Notes under the pieces: model-generated | The model's input: only the letters and a program-made list of their open reading frames with translations | Told to the model about the DNA's origin: nothing | Database searches by the model: none | Shown here: one piece after another, positions 24,961 to 37,893 of the stretch | Layout: every line of letters begins with the position of its first letter | How positions within the stretch are numbered: position 1 is the stretch's first letter | From: Octopus sinensis | Taxonomy: Eukaryota | Reading direction: 5' to 3' | Length of the DNA: 64,000 bases | Assembly: GCF_006345805.1 (NCBI RefSeq) | Contig: NC_042997.1 | Location: 191,890,001-191,954,000, forward strand | Translations under genes and position numbers: made by a program

Positions 24961-25452
24961 AAGGTGGTGAGCTGGCAGAAACATTTGCATGCCAGGTGAA
25001 ATGCTCAGTGATATTTCGTCTGTCTTTACATTCTGAGTTCAAATTCCAGCAAGGTTGACTTCACCTTTCATTGTTTCGGGGTTGATAAGCTAAGTATTGG
25101 TTGCATACTGGGGTCGATCTAATCACCCCCAGTATGCAACTGGGGGCGATTAGATCGACCCCAGTATGCAACCAGTATTCCAAAAATTTCGGGCCTTGTG
25201 CCTAGAGTAGAAAAGAATATTCTTAAGGTAGCAAACTGGCAGAGTTGTTAGCATGTTGGACAAAATATTTATCAGCAACTCTCCCAGTCCCTTATGGTCT
25301 GGTTCAAATACTACCAAGATCAAATTTGCTTCTAATACAATCATGGTCGATAAAATAAAATACCAGTCAAGAAGTGGAGTCAATGCAAATGACTTAACTC
25401 TCCCCATTAAATTGCTATCCAGGTGCCAAAATTAGAAAGAATTATTTAATAT
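24961..25452 (+). mobile_element. Family A-like SINE plus decayed unit (duplicate 2), with internal inversion
   Basis: Homologous to 23305-23760; extra palindrome at 25099-25173. Confidence 0.8.
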
Positions 25453-25454
25453 AC

Positions 25455-26530
25455 TTAAGAATCAGATTGTTTCAGCTTGATTACCTCATTGAGCCAGAGC
25501 ATTTGCTGAATGTAAAGCTCTGCATTGACCATGAGGTTGTTTTCAAGCATTTTGTAGAGCGGATTAATCGATCCTAGTCCCACCAAATGCAGATCATTGT
25601 CTTGTGTGAATGTGGATCTAACTTGGCTTGAAGCGTTGCTTGCTTCTTGGGACTCAGCCATTTTCCCACTCTTTCATATTGCTGTAAAAACACTATTTTA
25701 CATCACCGTGATGATGCAGTAAAGGAATCTGTTTGTTATTTCTTTATTGCCCACAAGAGGCTAAGCGCAGAGGGGACAAACAAGGACAGACAAAGGGATT
25801 AAGTCGATTACATCGACCCTAGTACGTAACTGGTACTTAATTTATCGACCCCGAAAGGCTGAAAGGCAAAGTTGACCTCGGCGGAATTTGAACTCAGAAC
25901 GTAAAGTCAGACGAAATACCTATTTCTTTACTACCCACAAGGGGCTAAACACAGTGAGGACAAACAAGCACAGACAAACGGATTAAGTCGATTATATCGA
26001 CCCCAGTGCATAACTGGTACTTAATTTATTGACCCCGAAAGGATGAACGGCAAAGTTGACCTCGGCGGAATTTGAACTCAGAACATAACGGCAGACGAAA
26101 TGCTGCTAAGCATTTCCCCCAGCGTGCTAACGTTTCTGCCAGCTTGCAGTAAAGGAATCTGTTTGTGTTCCTGAGTAACCTGGTGTCGAGTATGCAAACT
26201 GGCAGTGATAGAGGAGCACTGGAGTCTGTCTCTTTTGTTTAGAGTGTATAGCACCCAAGCACCAAAGTTTTGGACCTTACCCACCGAGTGAAGGTAATGA
26301 GTGATAGTATCATAAAAGCATCCCATCTACTGGACGAATTCCCTTGGGTATTGGCACAGATGAGCAGGTTCAATCGATTTTTATTGAATGGACAAGTTGG
26401 TCAGAACGTGGATAGACTGAGGTTGAATTTCTCTTTCTTTAACCATTTCTGTACAATTCTTTCAGTACCTGCGTCATCTTCATACACAGAAAAACTGTCT
26501 TGAGTGGCTTCTTTGGTAGCATTGACACGT
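25455..26530 (-). pseudogene. Degraded mariner transposase, interrupted by a family A dimer
   Basis: Across frames: VNATK...SVYEDDAGTERIVQKW, TITHYLHSVGKVQNFGAWV, decayed IxTGDEKW, WLSP...KTMICIWWD, VNAELYIQQMLWLNEVIK. Confidence 0.85.
25737..26145 (-). mobile_element. SINE family A dimer
   Basis: 21-bp TSD GCAGTAAAGGAATCTGTTTGT at 25716-25736 and 26146-26166. Confidence 0.93.
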
Positions 26531-27723
26531 TATACATACATACATACATACATACATACATACATACATACATACATACATACATACAAACATACATAGG
26601 AAGTTAAATGTTATGGCTAGTCATAAAGTGGCCATTGATTTCACGCCTATAAAACGTTTAGCAGTATAGGTGACTCATCAGACTCATATGACCAAAGGCG
26701 TATAACTTCTCTACAACTGGAGGAAGAAATACGTTACAGTCAGTTTCTAAATATATATATATATATTCGTCCGTGCAAAGGTGCTGCAGGCAAGACGGAG
26801 TTATCCACTTTACATCTGCTCAGGTCGTACTGACATTCGAAGGAACTGCGGCAGGCCTATCCAACGAATAGAGAATTCCAAGTTTGTAGTTGAGAACGTT
26901 TTAGACGCGGGCATTGACTAAATACCTCTTTCCTGGAGTTTAAATTGGTTCTGGGTCGAGCGAGTTTTTCAGGATTCTTGCTCTCTCTGTCAAAGAAAGC
27001 TTACATCGTTTACTCTATAAGTCCCCGGTTGTTCAAGGAGCATCCTTTTAATTATGTATGGGGTTTCTTCCTCTTTTAAGCGCCACACGGTATTTGTATA
27101 AATGTATGAATAGTATACAATCAGTGTACAACATAAGCGAATGTTATATGTGTATCATGCTTACTATATAGTTAGTTAAAAAAAATCATTTGAAATCATC
27201 TTAGCAATTAGTTGGCAACATTCCTTCGAAGGGTGGTTAAAGTGTTAAGAAAGCAAACAAAAGAGATAACTATAATGAATTCATTTCATCAAAGAAAACG
27301 TGTATCTATTTGTATGTACCTGCTTGTGTTTGCGCATATGTTTGTGTTGTATTTATTCGGACGTTTGTCTGAAGGCTTGTGTGGTGTGGTGATAGTGGTG
27401 GTGGTGGTGGTGGTGGTAGTGGTGTGTGTGTATCCACTCACAGTGGATGAATATACTTACACACACACACACACTGTGGTGTAGCTAGAGCGTAAGTCAC
27501 CTGGGGCAGCTCTTAGGATTCCCGTCCTCCACCTCGTGACCCGCCCCCGATTCTATACAGGTATATACAGCAGACCCAAAATTGCGCCGCCACCTTAAAA
27601 GCGTCATCAGGGGGCGGGTTCTCGTCTCCGCACTGCATACACTGTTGTCTGCGCGAGAGTTCGTGTGCGTGCGTGTGTGTGTGTGTATGTGTGTGTGTGC
27701 GTGTGTATGTGTGTGTGTGTGTG

Positions 27724-27760
<37 letters not shown>

Positions 27761-28222
27761 TTGTGTGTTCGCGCGCGTCTATTTGTGTCTGACTCAGCCG
27801 CTAAATAGATTATCAAAGAAATGAATAGAGTTTAGTTGTAGTCGAAAGAAGAAATCACTCATAATCTCAGGTGTTTAAATATCAAGAGGTAAACTGATAG
27901 ACGAACACCTGTCAAATAACGAATATAAATTTCCTCTATTAACGAATTAATATATTCCCATGCAGCCTCCAATCGTAAACAAGTTGTGTACCTACTGGCG
28001 AATCAGCAACCATTAGAATGCCCCCGAGATCTTTATTTGATTCATTTTACATTCAGAGATCAAATCCCGCTGGAGTCAATTTTGTTTTATATACTCTCGG
28101 AATGGGATGAGTAAAAAGAAAAAAAAAAGTAGCGTTGAAGACATCTGATTAACTGAAATTCTCCCAAAATATCAGTTTTAAAAACTTGCAATTTCTTTAA
28201 TTTCTAAAAGAAAAAAAAATGT

Positions 28223-28655
28223 GGATCTTTCCGGTTTGAACGGCAGTTTTTTAATATAATTCCCACGTAACTAAACACTTTTAAACTTCGTATACTGGTA
28301 GAATGTGTTTATAAAGCATCTTTTTCTCTTGGCTTTATTGAGAAAATTCTATGGTTTGTAAGATATTTTTTGTTTTTTCTTTCTTCAATTTCTGCAATTT
28401 CAACCAATCAATGACGTCTATTGAGGTGAAAACATTCTGTGCCGTATGAATATGTCCCTCGTTTAAGAAACAGATTGGGTTTATTTACATTTCTGAAGAA
28501 AAATAGATATCCCCCCCTAACTCTAACCCTAACCCTGACTAACCCTAACTCTAAAACAGATTGAAATGCAATAGATCGATACTAGGGTCATAATTATGGG
28601 TGACAATTTCATATGACACCGCTAGAAAAAACTGCCGTTCAAACCGAAAAGATCC
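28223..28655 (-). mobile_element. GGATC-family non-autonomous DNA transposon
   Basis: TIR GGATCTTT(T/C)CGGTTTGAACGGCAGTTTTT; flanks AAAAATGT/AAAAATGC; internal CCCTAA-like units. Confidence 0.92.
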
Positions 28656-30294
28656 AAAAATGCAAATACTTTTCGTAATTAGCACGAAAAGCACCATCTC
28701 TTTTTTTTTTTCCTTTTGGCTTCTTACTTGTTATAAGTTATTAGGCTGCAGCCATGCTTATTGAAGATTTTATTCAATTGTTACAACGTTTCACAATTGC
28801 GACGAGTTGGAATTAGTTTTGAAAGAGAATTTCTTGTTGCTGTTTGTAGAAGTCTGTTATTGTGTTATGTGGGAAGAAAAAGGTAAATAATGCAGAGTTG
28901 CTATTTGAACTGTCTGAAACCTCTAAAGAGTAAGAGATTAAAATGAATGAAGTTAACTCTTTGAACGTTGCGGAACAAAGTTTTTCCTATTGGTATCTGA
29001 AATTTATACCTGTACCAAAATCAAACTAGATAATTAACAATAGAATGAAACGTCTTAATTTCATTAAACTCTGTTTCACCGAAAATGGTGGCGAATTTGA
29101 CAAACTGAACTAATAAATTCCAAAATGCAAATTCTAAGTGCAACGGAAACAAACGTAAAGATCGCGGTTTCGATTCTTGGTTCCGAACCCAATGTGTGCC
29201 TCTTATACATGTCAAAAAAACAAAGAGATGAGATGAACGGGGGACACATGGAGTCTATAAGTCTAAGTGCAGGCAACTACGTCCAGGGGGAAATTATGTC
29301 TAAACATGAGCGCAGAGCATGTGAACATTCGACGTGTTTTGAGTCAGGAGAAGAATTGAGCTACACAGACGTGTTGCAAAACAAGGAAGTAGATGTACAT
29401 AACAGAGGTGCATGTGCATGAGTGCAATAGGGCTGTCAGAGAAAAACTATTGTTCCACCGTGAGAAAAGTTCTGTTGAACTGATAATTTAAATTTGGCTA
29501 TGGTGGATCAAATACACTTCATGCCTGCAAGATCCTACACACACACACACATGACTGATTCATTGCTATTTCAAGACGATGAATTTAAGACCAAAATATG
29601 CCCTGAATTATCTCCCATAATTACTGATAAAAACAGGAAAAGTGATTGACTAACATTATTTTTCTTTGCCTCACTGCATAATCATTTCTAGATAGCTTTT
29701 CTAGATGCTGCCTATATTAAATATGCTAATGTTAACTAATCTCAAGTTAAATAGCTATCAGAGAATATCAAAGCTAATACCGAAGGGAGAGACATAGTTC
29801 ACCAAATACTTTCTTCCTCTCTTGCTTTCAGACATGTATCACATGGGCAGACATTCCCGACACCTGATGTGAACGAGAAAAAGAAGCGATTCATAGCGAA
29901 GTTTAGCAAGAAAATGTGTGTATCTGTAGAAGGGCTGAGGTATTCGTAAACATGAACACCGGACATACAGAGGCGTACAGACAAGATATGCAAATATTAA
30001 TGTTACCGAATTATCACATTACGTAAAGATGTGTGTAGGCGCAACTCGCTTATATACATCCTTATAAACATCACATCCGGGCGCGCGTGCAAACACACGT
30101 GTGTATATGTGAATATATGTGTATATATATGTGTGTATTTATCGTGTAGTAGAAGAGTGTGACGCTGCAGTGGAACTGAACCTAAAGCCACGTCGTTGCA
30201 ATGCGAGCTTCTTAACATAGCTATGCCTGTGCCTATAAAACCTATAAAAACCCCTTTTGTGGATAAGCAACATTATATAAAATACAAAGGTTTA

Positions 30295-30354
30295 CAGCTC
30301 GTCCGGGATTTGAACCCGGCACCTTTCGCACCAAAGGGAGACATACCCATAGCC
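30295..30354 (-). pseudogene. tRNA-Pro(TGG)-derived fragment lacking the 5' acceptor strand
   Basis: GGGTATG..CTCCCTTTGG.TGCGAAAGGTGCCGGGTTCAAATCCCGGACGAGC aligns to the 3' three-quarters of eukaryotic tRNA-Pro. Confidence 0.75.
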
Positions 30355-30432
30355 TTATGAAAATGTTTTTAAATGTAAAAGTTAATATTTCTATTGGTGC
30401 AGTTTTAACTCTTGCTTTATTTCGCGCTAATG

Positions 30433-31284
30433 TGTAAACCAACCAATCGCAACCCTCAGATAAGGTCCCGCGGCACAGTCTTCCAGGTTTTTTTCTGAAG
30501 CCACTAGATTGTTATTAAACCCAGCGATCCATTGAATCGCTTGTCTTTGGTCCTAAACCATTGACCATAGAAAATCCAGCGACAGACAGCCAGTTCGAGC
30601 GACTCATCCATGTTTCTGCGACAGACAGCGACGACACCAACACCAACGCAGCATTTCTGGACCTTTCTCCACCATCACCTTAATCTCAACGTCGCCTTTC
30701 TCCACCGTCATCATCACCACCGTCGACTTCAACAATATGTACACATCAACATTGTCCAGGTTTAACTTCACGCTGTTTGTGAATACTCACCAAGATTAAC
30801 AGCTCAGTCTACCTGCGAGAACTTTTTGTACCAAGTAACCCGGCATAGGATAGAAGCCACAACCTCTACACACGTAGCAACCGGCTCTCCACTTTGTAGC
30901 CTCAACTTCTCTGTTACAGAACCTCTGCTATTGTGTTCATTACTACGAACTGGTAATTATCTCCATTTGTGTCTGAACATTCATCTAGCGATCCTGTTAT
31001 AGACTCTTTCTATGCTCTGTATTATTATGTACATACTTATGACACGCACATACGCACACTTGTCGCACTCAAAAACACACAGACACACAAGTTAACCTAT
31101 AAATAAAACCTTTTTTCTTTTACATTATTCGGTTGTGTCGTCTTCTTCCTTATTCATTGTGACACTTTCATTCATTATCTATATTTTAGCTTCTTTTGTA
31201 AGGTGACCGTGCGGTGTTTAAAAGCAGACATTCCTTCGTCACAATCTCCTTTCGTACGGTCGTTCTACAAGGTTTTGGTGCCCC
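30433..31284 (+). mobile_element. Putative LTR followed by a truncated primer-binding site
   Basis: TGTAAAC start, AATAAA near the 3' end, GTTCTACA end at 31269, then TGGTGCCCC (31276-31284) complementary to the elongator tRNA-Met 3' end; no second LTR seen. Confidence 0.45.
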
Positions 31285-31925
31285 TATATATATGTAATTG
31301 AAAATACAAACAATAATAAGCCATAAAATAAATTCTTATTTTTGAAAACGAAGCCAAATTAACAGTAAGAGGGAAAATAATGTTTATTTTTGCATACTTC
31401 CACTTTATATTTGAAAAGTTTTCTCCTACTTTTAATTGCAAAGACTTTGATCAGATCCTCACTATAAACACTTCGAAATTATATTTCTGATCATATAAAC
31501 CACTTTAGCAAGTTTAAAGTGATTTCTTTTGTGCCATAAACCATTTATCATTTCCGTGATGTCCCCTCTTTCTCTTAATGCACTTAGCACGTGCTTATTT
31601 TGTTTAATCGTTAATGCAGCATTGCATGCAGGCATACACATATAAACTGGAAACTTGGGTTGTCAGGGAAAAAAATCAACTAGCTGATATGTACATTCCA
31701 ATTTCAATCTGTAAGCGGAACAGTAAAAATATGCAAGATTTTTCTTAAGTTCAATGTGTAATATTGTTTTTGCTATCTTCATTCAAACTGCAGAACTTTG
31801 TATCTTTCCTCTCTAACGGGAAGAATTGGAATAATTAAAAATAGAAGAGAACGTACATGTTTACTTACGTACGTACCCATCTACCTGTCTACCTACCATA
31901 CATACATACAGACAGACAGACGGAC

Positions 31926-31962
<37 letters not shown>

Positions 31963-32523
31963 TGTAGTATGAGAATGTATATATTGTATTATTGTTCAGG
32001 TAAGTTCTGAAGGGGCACGTTTATAAGTAAAAAGCATTCCAACCGTGACCATTCTGTCTGGGTTATCTCATGTGTCCCTTTCCTTAAGATGGCAGAGCAT
32101 GACCCGATGAAGATTTGTTATTTCTATCTCTGTATTTCTATCTCTATTTCTGAGTAAGTGGTGTAATTTCACAATTTCTGTAACGAATACAGCAGCCCCG
32201 CTATTCAATAGATATCAGTATGGGAGCAGAGAAATGATGGCGTTTATTTATTCTGGTTGGTCTGTTTAAACAAACACAGCCATCCGGGTGTTTATATTGC
32301 ATGCTCGAATGGGAAGGTAAACATGGGAAGTAATTGCATCAAATATATAGATATACACCTGCATCAGAGAGAGAGAGAGAGAGAGATGGAGAGAGAGAGA
32401 GAGAGATGGAGAGAAAGAGAGAGAGAGAGAGACTCTAAGAACCTTCGAGAAGTTATTTCGGGAACAATCCGATGATTTGAATATTCATTCATGAATGTTG
32501 TAGTTAAAAAAAAAAAGGGGGGG

Positions 32524-32926
32524 GGATCTTTTCTGTTTGAACGGCAGTTGTTTCTAGCGGTGTCATATGAAATTGTCACCCATAATTATGACCCTAGTAT
32601 CGATCTATTGCATTTCAATCTGTTTTAGGGTTAGGGTTAGAGGTGGGGGTAAGGGTATCTTTTTTTCTTCAGAAATGTAAATAAACCCAATCTGTTTCTT
32701 AAACGAGGGACATATTCATACGGCACAGAATATCTTTTACCTCAATAGACGTCATTGATTGTTTGAAATTGCAGAAATTGAAGAAAAAAAAACAACAAAT
32801 ATCTTACAAACTATAGAATTTTTTCAATAAAGCCAAGAGAAAAAGATGTTTTATAAACACATTCTACCAGTATACGAAGTTTAAAAGTGTTTAGTTACGT
32901 GGAAATTATGTTAAAAAAACTGATCC
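32524..32926 (+). mobile_element. GGATC-family element
   Basis: Same body as 37894-38305; right TIR partly deleted. Confidence 0.9.
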
Positions 32927-32945
32927 AAAAAAGGCGCATTGTATA

Positions 32946-33346
32946 TATTTCTTTACTGCCCACAAGGGGCTAAACATAGAGGGGACAAACAAGGACAGAC
33001 AAACGGATTAAGTCGATTATATAGACCCCAGTGCGAAACAGGTACTTTATTTAATCGACCTCGAAAGGATGAAAGGCAAAGTCCCCTTCGGCGGAATTTG
33101 AACTCAGAACGTAACGACAAACGAAATACCTATTTCTTTACAACCCACAAGGGGCTAAACACAGAGAGGACAAACAAGGACAGACAAGCGGATTAAGCCG
33201 ATTATATCGTAACCCGTACTGGTACTTTATTTATCGATAGGCAAAGTCAACCTCGGCGGAATTTGAACTCAGAACGTAACGACAGACGAAATACCGCTAA
33301 GCATTTCGCTCTGCGCGCTAACGTTTCTGCCAGCTCGCGCCTTCAT
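32946..33346 (-). mobile_element. SINE family A dimer inserted at the head of another tRNA-like SINE
   Basis: 17-bp TSD AAAAGGCGCATTGTATA; the right copy continues as GGCGCATTGTATAGCGGTTAG...GGGTTCAGTACC. Confidence 0.9.
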
Positions 33347-33864
33347 AAAAGGCGCATTGTATAGCGGTTAGGAACGCTCAGTTCATGACAATAAAGTCGC
33401 GGGTTCAGTACCTGTCCATTGGGTGCGCTGTGTCTCAAACCGAGAGTGCCTTGTTTTACTTTGCCTTATCGGCTGCGTCTGAGGTCGCTACAGATCTTGG
33501 TACGAAACTGCTTAATTGCATCCGGGTTTTCGCGGAATGTAACAACCCAGCTAAACTTTAAGTCTATGGTAGATCCGATCCCGAATACCCTGGCCTTTTA
33601 TTTTCAATTTGTTTTATTCATTATTCTGTGGCCATGCTGGAGCACCACCTTGAAGGGTTTCGTCGAACAAATCGACCCCCAGTACTTACTTTTTTCTTGG
33701 TTTCTTTTGTCGAACTGTTAAGTTACGGGAACGTAAACAAACAACAACGGTTGTCAAGTGGTGATGGGGACAAACACACACATATATATAAACGATGGGG
33801 TTCCTCATAGTTTCCCCCCAAGAAATTAATTCACAAGGCATTGGTAGGCCTGGGGCTATTACTC

Positions 33865-34238
33865 TTTTTTCCTTTTTCTCTTTTTACTTGTTTCAGTCAT
33901 TTGACGGCGGCCATACTGGAGCACCGCCTTTAGTCGAGCAAATCGACCCCAGGACTTATTCTTTGTAAGCCTAGTACTTATTCTATCGGTGTCTTTTGCA
34001 GAACCGCTAAGTTACAGGGACGTAAGGGGGACAAACACAGAAACATACTCACACACACACACATATACATATATACGACGGGCTTCTTTCAGTTTCCGTC
34101 TACCAAATCCACTCACAAGGCTTTATTCGGCCCGAGGCTATAGTAGAAGACACTCGCCCAAAGTGCCACGCGGTGGGACTGAACCCGGAACCATGTGGTT
34201 CGTAAGCAAGCTACTTACCACACAGCCACTCCTACGCC
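33865..34238 (-). mobile_element. SINE family B
   Basis: Near-complete copy. Confidence 0.9.
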
Positions 34239-35396
34239 TATATATGCACTGTATTTCAAATTTCATGTTTCTTTAAAACATATGGCAAACGCCATGCAAG
34301 GATAGGGAAACCATCGTCAGGTCGAGTTTAGGATCCAATTTCATATCTCTCATGCACTTAGAAAAGAAAAAAAACCGATTTTTCACAGTTCTCTTTTCCA
34401 CTCCCCGGAAGTCGATAGGGCTAATCACTTGTTAAGATATATCACTGATTACGTTGCTTAATTAAGCAAAAGCTACAGCAAATTACATTTTGGTTTTATT
34501 TATCTTTTTCTGTGTGATTTGCCCAGATTCGCATCTGATTTGTTGGAATATATCAGCATTACCTTGAAATGTAGAGACATATAAAAGCAATGCCTTTGAG
34601 TTAGATAACGAAGTTGCTATTTTAGTTCTGCTCGCTATCGCAATAGGTAATTCTCCCAGTGAGCCGAGACCCATTTAGCTTCCTGGTTAAAATATTTTCG
34701 TTTATTTATGTTAATATTTCTTGAGAAAAGCGTAACTATAATCCAATCTTTTCCCCTCATCCGCAAATAAACTTGTGGCCTTATGCGTTGAGGAAGACAT
34801 CTTTTCCCGCTGTTTCGTAAAGGAACGCTTTTTGTAGATTTTAATTACAGTCTCTGAATCAAAGTTTTTTTGAGTTTTTTTTTCAAATGTTTGGTATTTT
34901 TTTCTTATCTCTTACTTCTTTCAGTCGTTGGACTGTGGCCATGCTAGAGCATCACCTCGAGGTATTTAGTCGAATAAATCGATCCCAGGACATTTTTTTG
35001 GTCTGATACTTTGTCGATATCTTTTAATGAATCTCTAAGTTACGGTGGACCTAAACAAACGATGATCACAGACACACACAGATACACACGCACGCACGCA
35101 CACACACGCACGCACACACACGCACGCACACACACGCACGCACGTACACTCACGCACGCACGCACACGCACACATCTATTCGACGGTTTTCTTCAGTTTC
35201 TGTCTATCAAATTCACTTACTAAACATTGGTAAGGCCGGGGCTTTAGCAGAAAACGCTCGTCCAAAGTGCCCCGCACGGGGACTGAACCTGAGACCAGGT
35301 GTTGACAAAGCGACCTTCTTAAGCACACAGCTATACCTACACCTATTCATGGTTTCTCCTAGATAAGCGAAAATAAGTAAAGAAACAAATAATATA

Positions 35397-35470
35397 CAGC
35401 AGCCCCACGACTATCGCGGGCGTTACGTTCTAAAAACACCCCGCGATAGGTGAAAATCCGCGAAGTAGAA
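35397..35470 (+). mobile_element. pogo/Tigger-like terminal fragment
   Basis: TA|CAGCAGCCCCACGACTATCGCGGG...CCCCGCGATAGGTGAAAATCCGCGAAGTA. Confidence 0.55.
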
Positions 35471-35490
35471 ACAGTACTGGATATTTTTTT

Positions 35491-35645
35491 TTATTATCTC
35501 CGCCTCCGATTAGCGAAGGCGGAGATATTGTTTACAGCCGTGTTTGTTTGTCTGTGGACAAGATATCTCAAGAACCGCTGGATAGATTCAGATAAAACAT
35601 TCAGGGATGTTTGGCCTCGTGACTGGCATGAACTGATTAGATTTT
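35491..35645 (+). mobile_element. Helentron/DINE-like non-autonomous 5' fragment
   Basis: TTATTATCTCCGCC...GGCGGAGAT hairpin followed by GTTTGTTTGTCTGT and GATATCTCAAGAACC. Confidence 0.6.
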
Positions 35646-36096
35646 AGGAATGCCTTTTCAACTTGTGCCTCCGACACCACCTCTATTTTTCTTGTTGCCA
35701 CTGCGTGTGTCCAGCAAACAACCGTTCTCTCTTAGACGTGAAATTGTTCCCCACAACCACCAATGAAGTGTTAAAGGATACCTTTTAATACTTCTTTGGT
35801 GGATGGGAGGAAACACTTTCATGTCGTTCCCCTCCAATTTAAGTATTTCCTTGAACTGCTCAGCTCTTCCTGACTTATGTCTTCAATTTTTCTCTTTGCC
35901 ACTGCAGCATAATTCCTTGTTTCTATTACTGCATCAGTCTTCTTCAAACATCTCACCATTTCTTCCTCAGACGACAAAAAGTCTGAAGAAGAACAATTCA
36001 AATCCTCACAACACATCGCACGACGCCCCTCCATTAAACCAGAGGGAAAACGTCGCACCGCCAAGACAACCAAAAACACGTTCACAGACAGTAGCC

Positions 36097-36516
36097 GGAT
36101 CTTTTCGGTTTGAACGGCAGTTTTTTCTAGCGGTGTCGTATGAAATTGTCGCCCATAATTATGACCCTAGTATCGATCTATTGCATTTCAATCTGTTTTA
36201 GGGTTAGGGTTAGGGTTAGGGGTGGGGGAGGGTATCTTTTTTTCTTCACAAATGTAAATAAACCCAATCTGTTTCTTAAACGAGGGACATATTCATACGG
36301 CACAGAATGTTTTTTACCTCAATGGACGTCAGTGATTGGTTGAAAATGCAGAAATTGAAGAAAAAAAACAACAAATATCTTACAAACTATAGAATTTTCT
36401 CAATAAAGCCAAGAGAAAAAGATGTTTTATAAACACATTCTACCAGTATACGAAGTTTAAAATTTTTTATTTACCTAGTAATTTTGTTAAAAACTGCGTT
36501 CAAACCGAAAAGATCC
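36097..36516 (+). mobile_element. GGATC-family element
   Basis: Both TIRs present, (TTAGGG)3 inside; no TSD recognisable. Confidence 0.92.
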
Positions 36517-36741
36517 CTAGCAGTCGAATTAAACATAACGCTATACGGAATCAAGCTTCTTTATTTTACGAAATTGGCCATAAAGGCCTTACATAGAGGG
36601 GCAAAAAAAAAAAAAAAACGAATGTAAAGAATGAATTAATATAATGAAAGATGAAATGAAGCCGTTCAGCCCCACCTCCGAGCGACTTCATTGAACCAGT
36701 TAATATAACATTTTTTTGAAAATAATTATTTAATCACCTTT

Positions 36742-37165
36742 GGATCTTTTCGGTTTGACCGGCAGTTTTTAAAATTAATTTTCACGTAACTAAACACTTT
36801 TAAACTTCGTATACTGGTAGAATGTGTTTATAAAACAACTTTTTCTCTTGGCTTTATTGAGAAACTTCTATGGTTTGTAAGATATTTGTTGGTTTTTTTT
36901 CTTCAATTTCTGCAATTTCAACCAATCAATGACGTCTATTGAGGTGACAACATTCTGTGCCGTATGAATATGTCCCTCGTTTAAGAAACAGATTGGGTTT
37001 ATTTACATTTCTGAAGAAAAAAAAATACCCTTTCCCCTAACCCTAACTTTAACCCTCACCCTAAAACAGATTGAAATGCAATAGATCGATACTAGGGTCA
37101 TAATTATGAGTGACAATTTCATATGACACCGCTAGAAAAAACTGTCGGTCAAACCGAAAAGATCC
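36742..37165 (-). mobile_element. GGATC-family element with 33-bp flanking duplication
   Basis: TIRs present; 36709-36741 repeated at 37166-37198 with one mismatch. Confidence 0.92.
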
Positions 37166-37189
37166 CATGTTTTTGAAAATAATTATTTA

Positions 37190-37446
37190 ATCACCTTTTT
37201 TTAAAATGTCCATATTGTACTTTTTTAGAATAACAACACACCTTACATGTTCCGGCATTGTGCTGGTGTCTATTTCCCTAACCCACCACTCGCAGTCCAG
37301 ATTTTCCACATACTTATATAATCTCCATACGCAGCAGAGAATGTTCTCGGGCAGACCCCTTACTCCCTTTACATCCACCTTTATTACTCCGTCGCAGAAA
37401 GGCCACCTCATTGCACAGTTCTTCATTATGTCCATTATACATTACA
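37190..37446 (-). pseudogene. Possible Penelope-like ORF end (GIY-YIG region)
   Basis: RLYKYVENLDCEWWVREIDTSTMPEH weakly resembles the RE..WI..L.T..P.G end of Penelope endonucleases. Confidence 0.3.
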
Positions 37447-37677
37447 GGCGGCGAGCTGGCAGAACCGTTAGCACGCCGGGCGAAATGCGTAGCCGTATTT
37501 CGTCTGCCGTTACGTTCTGAGTTCAAATTCCGCCGAGGTCGACTTTGCTTTCATCCTTTCGGGGTCGATTAAATAAGTACCAGTTACGCACTGGGGGTCG
37601 ATATAATCGACTTAATCCGTTTGTCTGTCCTTGTTTGTCCTCTCTGTGTTTAGCCCCTTGTGGATAATAAAGAAACA
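37447..37677 (+). mobile_element. SINE family A monomer
   Basis: Very clean copy; 20-bp TSD TATGTCCATTATACATTACA. Confidence 0.95.
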
Positions 37678-37893
37678 TATGTCCATTATACATTACAACA
37701 TATTTTTCTTTGCAGGGCGGGGATGGGTAAGTTTGAGGCTCCTGTGTGTTTGTACTTGTTTTTATGTCAGACAGGGCATAGGGGGTTGGGGGATTGGTGT
37801 CTGTAGGGAGTGATTGGGTTAGAGTTTGTGTGGGTGGGGGCCGTTTAATGATTCCTCAAAGAGGTTTTCAACTCAGTGTTGATTTCAATAATG

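Noticed and set aside
20119-25661. Phase-consistent three-exon gene model on the minus strand (25485-25661, 23087-23232, 20119-20242; 148 aa; AATAAA at 20050-20055)
   Set aside because: The first exon is a frameshifted piece of the mariner transposase, the second overlaps a possible piggyBac remnant and has a weak donor, and the product resembles nothing I recognise. Only spliced RNA-seq reads would revive it as a TE-derived chimeric transcript.
29125-29421. 98-aa plus-strand ORF
   Set aside because: Contains a SINE-like B-box (GATCGCGGTTTCGATTC) and no recognisable motif
34560-34680. Exon-like segment on the minus strand (MGLGSLGELP..., strong donor AAG|GTAATG)
   Set aside because: No partner exon or recognisable homology; could be chance
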